DNA of 64,000 bases from Klebsormidium nitens (taxonomy: Eukaryota; Plantae; Klebsormidiophyceae). The stretch spans positions 1-64,000 of the forward strand of contig DF237135.1 in assembly GCA_000708835.1 (NCBI GenBank). Direction: 5' to 3'. The notes below the pieces were generated by a model. The model had not been told where the DNA came from. It did no database searches and was given only the letters and a program-made list of their open reading frames with translations. Made by a program: the position numbers and the translations under genes. Positions 1-11,044 of the stretch are shown one piece after another (position 1 is the stretch's first letter; each line of letters opens with the position of its first letter).

Positions 1-50
1 AGGAATCTTCTCTCTGCGGAAGAGAGCAGAGGTTCTGTTTGCGCAGCATG

Positions 51-73
51 TCAAGTTCAAGTTCAAGTTCAAG
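51..73 (+). repeat. Short tandem repeat (TCAAGT)x~4
   Basis: The sequence reads tcaagt tcaagt tcaagt tcaag, about 180 bp upstream of the ATG at 251. Confidence 0.85.
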
Positions 74-250
74 GCCAGGGCACCTTGCCTGAGGGCGCCT
101 ACCTATAGCGGCACTGGTGTGGGTACGTACAGCCTCAGGTGTGGTTGACGATCACTTTTAGGCGCATCACTTCAATTCTATCTTAGCATTGGCAATTGCC
201 CCGTGGGAAATTATACTTGTGACATCTCAAGTGTAAATTTGCGCCGAGCA

Positions 251-1764
251 ATGGCGACAGCATACGCTGGTTTGGCTAGCGCCAGCCTCTCACGGCTTGT
301 CTCCCCGCCAAGCAGAGCGGACACATGTATCAGGAGCACTGATGCCTCTGCTGCCTCTGCCCCTATCTGCAGTGGATTGTCTGGTGTGTGCACTCTGTCA
401 ACTTGTCTGACACGATTGGGCCTCCAGTACGTGCACAGAAGCAGAGGGGCAGAGACCTATCGATGTGTTGCTACAACACGCATAAGGCCCCGTCCACTGG
501 CTGCCAGGCCAGCGAGGCTCTATGTCAATCCCCCACGCATCTATCCGGCAGTTCCACTTTTGGGCTTTCTTGCAAAGGAACCAGTGCCAGAGCAGTCGTC
601 TGGGCCAAGGGATGGGGAGGAGAAGATGGCTGGGGCTTTGCACCAGATTGGGTGGGCTGCGTTTGCATCTCTACTGTATGCGGCCCCTGCGCAGGCTGCC
701 AAGTACGTTCCACCACCATTGGGAACCAGCGACCCTGTCCCAGTACCTGATGATTTTACTGTAGAGGACCTCGGGGGCCTTGCAATGCTGGGGTGAGTCA
801 CAGGACTGCAGGCATGACTTGCCTTGAAGCCCCATGCCCTCTTTCTCTGACAGGTTCAATGGTTTTGACGGGTTTACAGGTAAAACAAATCTGCAAAGCT
901 TTTCTCGCTTGTAAACGTATATGACGCATCTGATTCTGGCTGGTTGCTGCATCGCATATCGCATTGCCACAAGGTAAACGACCAGTTTTTGGACCTCCCG
1001 CATCTGTTGGATTTCTGCTTACCAGCAAGAATGTTGGGATTTTAACAAAAAAAAGGGTCTGCCACAACTTTCTTTTTCCAATTTCTTGCAGGATAATCCT
1101 CCTTTTGGTATTCTTGATTGGAAACATTGTGCTGCCGAGCTTGATGTTTTCCGATGTGGACACGGCAACTTCTTACAAACGAGACGAGGAGGGCGACTTC
1201 TACCATGATCCAAGCTTCACCAAGGACTTTTTCCGAGAATCTCGGGAGACTAGTGATGATATTGATGAAGTGCCTTGGTCGAAAGCACCTTTCAGCAAAC
1301 TTGCCCATGAGTTTAGCAAAATATTGCCGCCTCCAAACTCGGTCGCTGCACCGCCAGAGGTCAGTAAGAAAGCAAAGAAAGGGTCGGAGCAGTTGGAAGG
1401 CCCGATTGGGGCCGGCGTAAAACTCTCAGGTATAGTTGCGGTGCCGGGGTATGGTGTAAGTGTACAAAAAGATGGCCTGGCTGCGAATGGGCAAGCAACG
1501 AGCATCAGTTACGTCACCTCAGTTGCCTCGGCATCTGATCCTGATTCAGACTTGTCAAAGGGTTTGGGGGATGCTACTAGTGTGGAAGGTGACGCAAGTG
1601 CTCAGGGATCGGTTGGAGCCGTCAGGGAGGCACGGGACGTGCAAAACCTGAAGTTGTATAAGCTAGACACGATGGCAGCAAGGAGGAAAAGGCCAGACCG
1701 GATGCATGAGAGGGCCAGAGGATCTGTACGACATCGGATTGGTGGGCGTCATTTGAATGATTGA
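251..1764 (+). CDS. Hypothetical chloroplast (possibly thylakoid) single-pass membrane protein, 2 exons (251-792, 1092-1764)
   Basis: The ATG at 251 opens an Ala/Ser-rich, transit-peptide-like N-terminus (MATAYAGLASASLSRLVSPP). An AQA motif (YAAPAQAAKY) follows. The donor GG|gtgagt at 793 and acceptor ttcttgcag| at 1091 join in phase 2 and give a continuous hydrophobic helix, LGGLAMLGIILLLVFLIGNIVLPSLMF. I do not recognise the family. Confidence 0.55.
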
Positions 1765-3002
1765 TAAGGGAATGAGTTGGGGGGAACATTGACTACCTCT
1801 AGCTTATGTTTATTAACGCGCTTTGACACTGACATCTACTTGAAGGCAGCTTGAGGCTGGTGGTCAGTCAACGTTAGAAAGGTATGATGCAGGCCTTTTG
1901 AACCGCACACGAATGTTATAAAATAACTCCGAACCGGTGATTGGATTCACCACACTTGCGGCTGCTTGTTGTACTAATGATGGCCGTGTGTGCCTGCCAT
2001 AGGTATGTGCACTTCAATCAAACATTTTTTGCAAGGTTTGAACGCAATCTATAAAAATTGCGCTTTAACACGATGTATAAGAATCGACAGTACGACTCGC
2101 TAGAGCTATCAAGTCTGAGTATATCCAATGTTAAGTCCAATATGCCATTGCGTGCAACCCACAGTAGCAAGGGGGTCGTACCACAGGATCTAGGCCCGGC
2201 CATGCATGAGTGCACTTCGTGCATCTTTGAGACAAGTATACCTTGCAATAGTACGTACTCTTTGTTTATATATCTAGCCGACCATGGTGTCGAGAATGCG
2301 CCACGGTTTTTGTGCGCTGGCAGCGAAGATGCTCACAGGCCTACTTGCGCGCACACGCAGCTCGATCCACCGTCACTGCCAGACAGTCAACATGCACAAC
2401 GGGCTTCAATGCTTCAAGAGAATCATTACAGTATAGGCCAGGGCCCGCGGCCCTAGCCTGTCCGTATCTATGAGCTGCCGGCTAGCCTGAGTTGTGCATA
2501 CGTCGAGGCATCTTCGACTTGTGAAACAAATCTTCGCTCAGGTATGCATCCAACTACCGATGCGTCCTACAAAACGATCGGAAACTTGAAAATTGTGGCG
2601 AGCTGCAAGGCAGTAAAGCTTGTGGGGGCCTTATTGAGTACGGAAACTCTATCATTTAAACATGCCATGCAAGATCTGAACGGGGGGGAACATGTTGACC
2701 GCCATGGCTCCCCACGCCACCTGCATATGAGTTTGTTGGACATCTACACGCTGCTAGTCCCACAATGACAAATGTACACGCTAAGTTTCGCCAAGGGCCT
2801 TGTAAATGGAAGTTGGTCACCTCACATATCCGATTGTGACTGGTCATCTATTTCTACACTCACTGCTCAGCAGGTGGTCACCGTAAACGGGTCCCGAACG
2901 GACCCACCGCTTAGGTACTGCTTGCAACAACCATTCCAAGAACCACGCAGTATCCTAGAAGTGACCTCGCCGCCCCTTGTCCCCGGACTTGTTAGCACTC
3001 GT

Positions 3003-6000
3003 TTAGCTCACGCTTTCGTCAGCCCCGGTCTGATCCCGCCCCCGGTGCCCTTGCGTCTTGAGCATGTCCGCTTGAAACTGCCCTTTCGCTGCCGCAAACT
3101 CGCGGTTCAACGCTTGCAGCCGCTGCTCGACCAGGTTCATTTCTTCGCGCATGAATCGAAAGCGCTGCTCCCAGTAGCCCCGCAGCCACTCGTCCTCGCC
3201 ACCCATGTCGGCGAGATGACACGTGCCCTCCAAAAGACAGGGGTGGCCATACGAGGGCCCGCCAAGACCCCCTACGGAGGATGCCAAGCCGATCGGGTGT
3301 AAGGGCGACCGGGCCCATAGGAAGAAGTACGCCTGCAAAAGAGAACGCGTGAGAGTTGGACTTTGCTTACACTATCGCCCAAAAAAACACAGAGTCTAAG
3401 AGCAGCTCTCAAACATACAGTAACTGCCTATCCATTCAGTGCAGTCGTTTAGTGCAGCCAATCCAAGCGAAATTACTTGTAATACGAACAGATGCTGAAA
3501 TCATAAACCGGACCACCACATGAGTTTGCGTGAGACCTTGTGACCAGTCGCAGGCTGCCAGCTGTCTCACCTGTAGTAGCAAGAGGATCGCCAGCACCAG
3601 CACCACGACCCCCGCCTTGAGCTGCGAAGCCGCCTTCTCCGACTCCACCAGCCGGCCAGTGATCGCCTTCAGGCCCTGCCCCAACCAGGCCCCCGGCAGG
3701 CTCACCCGAGCGACTGTCTCTCCGCCCAACTCACCCCCGGTGCCGGCCTTAGTCAGCAACGGCGTGGTCGGGCCCGACCGCGCCCCCTGCCCGGGGTTGG
3801 GCACCGGGTGGGTGCTGAGGCGCGGGGAGTGCCCCACGGAGGGCCCGCGCGAGGCGTCGTCCAGCTTGAGCATGCGCCGGATCTCGTCCTCGTACTCCAC
3901 CGGGATCTTGCCCTCTGTACACAAAAACGCCGAGGGGGCAATCTTCAACTTGGGGATCGTTTGCTGACAGGTAACACCAGTTCCTCTTCTGACGCTAGAC
4001 AGAAGCCCGCTCTTTCTAGCGGAGCCAAACGCGGAAGAGGTATTGGCAAAATCCGCAGATCGTGCCATTACTGCACCTGATCAAGAAACCTCGCCTGCCA
4101 CTCAGCTGCACAGAACGTGTTCCGGCACCCTCGCCATGCAACCGCTACAATGGACCCACCCTGAGACCTGTCAGCGAACGTCCTTTCAAAGTAGGCAACG
4201 GTAGATTCCGCAAAGACTGGTGGGTGCGCACCTAGGTGACTCAGCACGTCGTCATTGGTGACGGGGGGGCTGCCAAGGGACACGGAGCTCTGGCGGTGCG
4301 GCGTGACCACGCGCGATGCCGGCGCACTCTCCCGCAAGTCGCCCCGTGCTTCTAAGATGGCCGCCTGCGCCTGCACAATGCCGACGAGATTGCGTCACCG
4401 CTCCAACCGCCCTGCGACCTGTCCCAACCGTCACATGAAGTTCGGCCGTTCTTTTGGATCTGGCACAGGTGTGGGCGGACGGCAAAGACACGGTCGTTCA
4501 CAAGACAGTCCCTTCGGTACTTGGATTCGGTCAAGCGAGCAGCTCGGTGCGGCTCGCTTTGTGCTGGCACAAACAGCCATACAGGTGCGGCCCTACCTCG
4601 TGCACCCAGGCCTGGTACGTCTCGCGGCTCTCGTCCAGCGTGCCCTGCTCGATCTTGCCTGCACGCCGAGAAAAGAGACTGTCAATGGGCAGCTTTCAGA
4701 TCTAAAGAGGGGCGCCCCACACAATTGGCCGGCACAGCCAGAGGGGCTCAGCCCTGATACGAGATGCATGAGGAAAAATAAAAGCGCGCAAATAGAGTCA
4801 GGCATGGTTTGAAAGCCTGCTACTTACGTTCCACGGTTGGAAGAGGTCACCCACGCAAGGCGGTTGGAGGAGAAGGCTTGACCGCTTAACCCAGCATTCG
4901 ACCCCTCACATCTAAAATTCATCTACCTTTTGCCATAGGCGCTTTCAAACAGTCTTCCTGAATGGCCAATCTTCGCAGACGGTCTCGTTCTCCCGACTCC
5001 AACCCTTGCTTTCTGCAGTCACCAGCCTTGCCGCACGACGGCGGCACGCACCTTTCCAGACGGTCTTCTTGGCGAAGGGCACGTCGAGGCTGATGCGCAG
5101 GTTGCAGCAGTCGGGCCCGCGGCCCTGCAAGTCCTCCACGTCCCAGCGCACCTCCACCGAGAAGTAGTCGCCGTACGGAATGTCCTGCATCGTCTGGCTC
5201 GTGTAGATCACCACGTGGCTGCACGTAATGGGCGGAGAGAACGGGTGAGCGACCTCAAAGGATTGGCGAAGTGCCGGTGATTGTTACGCGTGCGGAGAGT
5301 GAGCGAATTCGTGTGAAAAGACGACCGTCCGTGAATCAGGCATCCAAACTATCGTGTCCTGGATACAGCTTCGAAAGCAGCATGTCCTGGATACAGGACA
5401 GGCTACTACAAGCGAGGGCGGGCTCCAAGAATAATCAGGATAATTCCAACCAAGGACAAGTCCGCCAGCGGACATGGGCTAGAGCTTTACAGGATAATCC
5501 ACGTGAAGCACATGAAAAGGAGTAGGACTAGACTCGTAGGGCAACGACCCGTCGTAAAGAGTAAACGAGGCTCACTTGCGTCGACAAATCCTGTAACTTT
5601 GCGTCTGCCGGCAAAAGGTGGACTTGGGCCCTGCGGTAAAGCAAAGAAGGCGTCAATATGCTGCGGGGTGAGAGCATAGCAAAGCTGACGCCACGCATTT
5701 CCGCAACACAAAGTGACACTGACAGTGGGAGAACGAGAAATGGTTGCAATCAGGACTGTGCTCTGGCGGCTAAGTGTAATCCCCCGCAAAGCCATCGGCC
5801 CAAAGTGGTGCAACCCAAGGTCGTGCACTTTATGGTTTGTTCTCAGCAGAGCGAACACCTCGACCATAATTTGAAAACGCCTAGATCAGCGGGCAATCCA
5901 AGGAAGCCCCACGGGAAGCACAGCTGTTTGAGCCCGAAATGTGCGGACGCACCAAAGTAGAAGTTGATGGGGTGGCGGAAGGAGAGCTCCCGCACGTGGC

Positions 6001-9000
6001 CGTACTGCGAGTCCGCCTTCCACGGGCTGCACCGGAACTCTGCAAAAGAAAATGGTCGAGCATCGCATCCTGTGCTATTTGCACACGGAGGGGAAATCTT
6101 TCTCTCGAAACTTCTAGGTGCGGAGGGAAGCTAAATAGAGCTGGTAACTAAAAGCTCGAGTGGAGTCGGGCCTTTGGGGGTGGGCAGAGACGGCCAAACT
6201 TGGCGGGTGAGAAACACGCTGACGAAGTGCAAATGTGCCCTGAGAGGGGGCCTGACCTTGGTCGCCACGCGCGGTGTGGAAGTTGTACAGAAAGTCCGAG
6301 GCCTCGTCGGAGAAGAAGAATTGGAACATGTCCTTGGAGCTGACCTGTACGAATAAGCAGCCGAAAAGGTAAGCACCACAACGCAAAGGTGGGGAACAGC
6401 ACGAGCGCCGCTCAAGCCCCCATGTGAGCAAAGACACTTCTCGGGGTGACGGCCAGCCTGCTTTGAAGCGACGGCGAAGCTTTCGTCCAACTAGAAACTA
6501 GCAAGAGTTCATTCGTCTTGCAGTAGGCAGGGCCTAGGGACATTCAAGGCGTGCGGGAGTTTCGCAGGACTCGGCGGGCCAACTCTTGAGCCGCAGATCC
6601 GTTCCATAGACCGAGTATTCTCGCAGCTGTGCCCGAGCAAATTGTGTTTCGTGAGAGAGCGCTCACCGACAGCTCTGTGTCCATGATAGTCTTGAAGGTG
6701 TCCGGGACTGCACGGCGAAAAAGCGGTAGCCGGTCAGGGCTAGGCAGACAATTGCAGGTTCTGCTAGCAAGGTGTCCGCGTCTGCTTCTGATGCGAGTTC
6801 AAGCACCAGCGGATGCCAAGTACATCGCAAGTTCGATTTACTTTCTCCAAACACGTCTCTTTGTATGCTTGGGACACAAAGCAAGTCTTCACGCAAACGC
6901 TCCCTTCGCACCCTTTCCTGGCCACCACGCTCAACCCCCCCGTTTACGTCCCCAGCTTCTTCCTGCTCACCTTCCGGGGGGTCGATGTCCTCCACCTCCC
7001 ATGCCCGGCCCGGGACGGCGCGGCTCGGGGACTGCAGCTCGCGCACCATGGCCTTGGGTACGGGCGGCTCCTCGGAGGAGTCCTTGGACATTTCCTGGTC
7101 GAAGGGGGCCTCCACCAGAACGTCGTCCTTGGCGCCGCCCACCGGCCCAACGGCGCTCTCCAGGCTGGGCGGGCCGGCGGCCTCGGGGCTCTCCCCCTCC
7201 CTGCGGAAACGGAGTGGCGGTTACTGCCGTGGCTCGCGCTGGACATCCAGAGTTGCGCGTCACAGATAACGCTAACCCACCACTCTTGCACTTTGAAGAA
7301 GAAGCTCACAAGTTTGAGCTCGTTTTGAGGTCGTTTCTGAAACCGTTTCAAAGGGAGGCCAAAGAACGGCCAGCTTCCGCTTCAACTGTTTGAGCTTCTG
7401 CAGAAGCGCAATATATGCGAGGCTTGGCCTCCTCACCCGACTAGTGGAACGAGGGCGAGGGCTTCGGCGGCGGTCTCGGCGAACGTGAGGGTCTCCCCAT
7501 CCTCGTCGTCGTCGCTCTCGCGGCGGGTCGACGCGTCGCTGCGTGTGCTGAGCAGCCCGTTCGCCTCCGCATTCAGGCGGTTCTGTGAAGATGGGGCAGT
7601 TCTGAGTGTTGGGCCCTTGACCTTATTTGATTTGGAAGTTCATTTGACGAAGCTTGACTTCTTTCTCTGTGTACGTTGGACGTCTTCTGGTTCGACGAGC
7701 GCGTGCAACTGTGCATACATGCTCTGTCAAGCTCACGGGTTCGAGCAGAATTCTAAGGTGCTCTCACATGAGTTTGAACAACATCGTGAAGTAAGCATTC
7801 GCTTCCGCAAACTTCTTGGCAGGAGAACAGCTAAAGAGACCCTCTTAGAGTTCGCTTTCATCTCGACCTCACATGAACATCCAAGATGCGCAGAACTCCC
7901 AAAAGCAGTGGACCAACTCTGCAGATGCTTACCCCAAGAAACAGCTTGGCATAGCCGCTGTGCTGGGACCAGTTGAGGATGATGAGCCGGTATGCCTCAT
8001 CCCGCGACAGGAAAGAAGCAAAGAAGTGCCGCTTGCCCCACGCCACGATCTCAATGGCATTCGGAAAGACGGCTGCGGTCTTGGCCTTACGCACCACCGT
8101 GACGTCCTTCAGAGGGAGCACTTTCTGCGAGGAGGTGAGGGCAGCAGAGTGGGTGCAAAGGATGCCATTAGGTGCTGGGGCGAAAGAGCAAACCGACCCA
8201 GTTGCTCTTGAAGTTACTTCGCCAGGGAGGATGCCTGGAGAGCTGACTTGGAGACAGGCAGGCAAACGATTGCGTATCATGCAACCCCTGCCGCAAATCA
8301 AGAAATCGACTTGACTTGTTGAGGAAGCTCGAAAGCTCGAGGTTTCAAAAATAGACGACCGGGACCTGTGGTTGGCATGCCAAAATGTTCATGCTGGCCA
8401 CAGACTGCCTGTAGCGTAGGTCTATGACGCTCGCCAATTGGTATGCGGGTCTTTCGAGAAGGAGGGAGCATCGACCATTTGTGACTATGTCTTGATATGA
8501 CGTCTGATTTCACGCCTTCTTGAAAGACTTGAGTTGCCTTCTTTGGCGATCACATTTTGTCTTTTGTTGAGTTGTGCAGACATTTCGCGTACGGCTTCGC
8601 ACTCTTTCCGGATCAACTATGGCATTGACTTTGGGCACCCCACTTGTGCGGCCGGAATTGAAAGCGAGCTCCGAGACCTTACCTTCTTTTCAAAGCCGAA
8701 GATGTTCGAGTAGAAGCATACGTATCGATCGAACAGGTACATGTGGCCCTGCAGCAGGATCTTCTTTTGCAGCGCGCAGTTGAAGTCCTCAATCAGGTTC
8801 TGCAATACGTCGGGGGAGGATAAGATCAAACCTTCAAGGCACCAGCCTTCCCGACCGGCCAAAGAGGATGTGAACCTTTTGATCGGCCCTACAGGGGGCA
8901 CGTGACCTAAAACAACCAGCATACAATCCTTGCAAAAGCTCAGAATTAAGAGAAGCGCCGAGGACTTGCTTGAAGCACGGCTCAGCTGACATCATCTGTG

Positions 9001-10249
9001 GCGCAGGTGCCTTGGAGCGGTCACTCACCTCCTCAGGGGGGAGGTGAAAGAAGCTTCGGTACTCCTCGCACTTGGTGGGGCGCGGCAGAAGCTGCAGCAG
9101 GACAACAGAACGCACTATTGACAACAAGGCAATGCTCAAGCTCGAATTGGGCACTACTCATGGCTCTCGACCCGACTGGAATTGAGCCTCCTCACACAAG
9201 GCCCCTGTTTTGTTTGCAAATGTCTCCAAAAGCAGGATTGCAAAGTTCAGGGGTGAAACTTCTTGCAAGGTAGTTGGGGGAAGCCATTTTGACACACAGT
9301 AGAGGCCCCAAGCGCTGAGCCAGGCTGTGCCTATCTCTGCTTTGCAAGACAGGTGGGGCTCAGTGGTTACCATCACTATCGATCCTGAGCAACTGCGCAC
9401 AGGAGTATTTCAAGTGGGGCATGAATGGAAGTCCTTTGCACATGTTTCTGGCACTGAGAATGGGCACTCTTTCAATCCAATTGCCCCTCTGAACAAAAGC
9501 AGTGAGCGGACCTCGCAACACCACAGCGCCCCATTTGCCAACTGTTCCTCTCGCCAGTTGATATTGTTCCCTCTAAGAAAGGAAGTTACTAGAGCCAGGG
9601 CAACAATCAAACCAATCTAAACATTGGTTTTCTGAGTCCCTAACTTGAAACCACAAATGACCCTGTCAGGCGCCCTCCTTTTGCGCCCAATGTCACACAA
9701 GTTCCACCAACTTCACATGAGATTATGGTCCCGCATCTGCCACTAAGTGCATCAGGGGACCTTGCCAAGCCTCGTCAGACAGCGTACCTGCTCCTTTGAC
9801 AAGGTTGTCTTCTTGAAACTGACGCGCCGAGAGACAGAGCCCTGCTTCTCCCTGTCCTCGTCTGACCCAATGGCCTCAGTGCTGGGGGTGAAGCCTGATC
9901 CCCCCTCGGCGCCCTGCATCCCTGCACTGTCGCTAGTCTGCTGCTTGGGGGTGCCAGGCAGTCCCTCTAAACCCTCAGCATTGTCTGGGGGGGTGATGAT
10001 GGGCGACAAGAGGCCTTTGCTTGCCCTCACAGTGCTCGACCCCTCTATGCTCTCTTTGGCAGGTGACTGACTCGCCACCGCTGCACTGCCGTTGCCCCCC
10101 GTCCAAATGTCGGAGTTTGCGATCTTTTGGGTCAGAGAGTTGTTGCTGATCTGTGAGAAGGTCTTGTACAGCGTCTCCATCTTTGCATTCAAAGCGGCCC
10201 GCTTCTCTCCGCTCATCGAGACCCGCAGTCCTGTCGTCCCGGCATGCAA
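3003..10249 (-). CDS. VAD1: VAD1-like GRAM + VASt domain membrane-anchored lipid-transfer protein (multi-exon; 5' end uncertain)
   Basis: GRAM exons: LQKKILLQGHMYLFDRYVCFYSNIFGFEKK (~8.7-8.8 kb) and VLPLKDVTVVRKAKTAAVFPNAIEI...FFASFLSRDEAYRLI (~8.0 kb). VASt exon: VIYTSQTMQDIPYGDYFSVEVRWDV (~5.1-5.2 kb). TM helix: AGVVVLVLAILLLL (~3.6 kb). Terminal coiled coil: YWEQRFRFMREEMNLVEQRLQALNREF, with the stop at 3003-3005. This domain order matches plant VAD1. Confidence 0.85.
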
Positions 10250-11044
10250 TCAAGTGCCCCCTGCACGGTCTCCCATTGCGAAAGCCGAGTTACTCACATG
10301 ACCATAGCAAAACCTTCCACAAGGCGTGTGAGAAACCCTGACTGCAGGTTGGATGGGACGCAAGATCAGATGCACGTGTCCTTCCCCGCTTGGACAGACC
10401 CGTTGCTGGACAAACTGCCTGCTGCCCTTGTCCCTGCTGCTTCGGGAATCCTACATCCGCAATGCTGTGCTGGAAAGTGCGGCCGGCTTTTCCTTGCGAC
10501 GGTGCACTTGCTTCATGCACCTTCTTGAGAGGTCTACAGTTTACACTGTCACAAAATCTAGAGCCTTTCAAAATGTACCAGTTTGCCCGGACTTGCGTAC
10601 ATTAGTACAGTAGCTATGTACCTAGCGACCATCTTCGGCGAAAATCCGGCACTACCTTCGAGGAACTTCTAGGGTTCCGGCAGCCCTCCGGCAGATTTGC
10701 CAGCGGAGAATCTAGGTACATGCGTCGCGCCACCTGGCAATGGCGGCGGCCAGCTTCAACTCCATCTGCGCCTCATCCTTGCTACTACTAGCCTAGCTCT
10801 GACTCTCAGTCTGATTCTAGTCCTAGGTCCAATCCTAGATTGCCAATGCAGGCTTGCATGCTGAACTTGGAAGCCCTCTGCAAATCTTCTGCACCAGTAC
10901 TAGTACCGCATTGCTGAGTGCCACTGTCTTCTTGGAGCCTTTGATTCACCCGTCGTTGTGGTTCTTGAGAAGCTGGAGTGCGCAAGAGATGTCAGCTGGC
11001 ACCCTACAGGCAGCATTGGAGCTGCCATTGAAACGTAGAGTTTT

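Noticed and set aside
6629-7393. Long plus-strand ORFs overlapping known genes (e.g. 6629-7393, 2772-3302, 27211-27867, 19772-20395)
   Set aside because: They are antisense shadows of GC-rich exons of VAD1, the helicase and HMA8, with no recognisable motifs.
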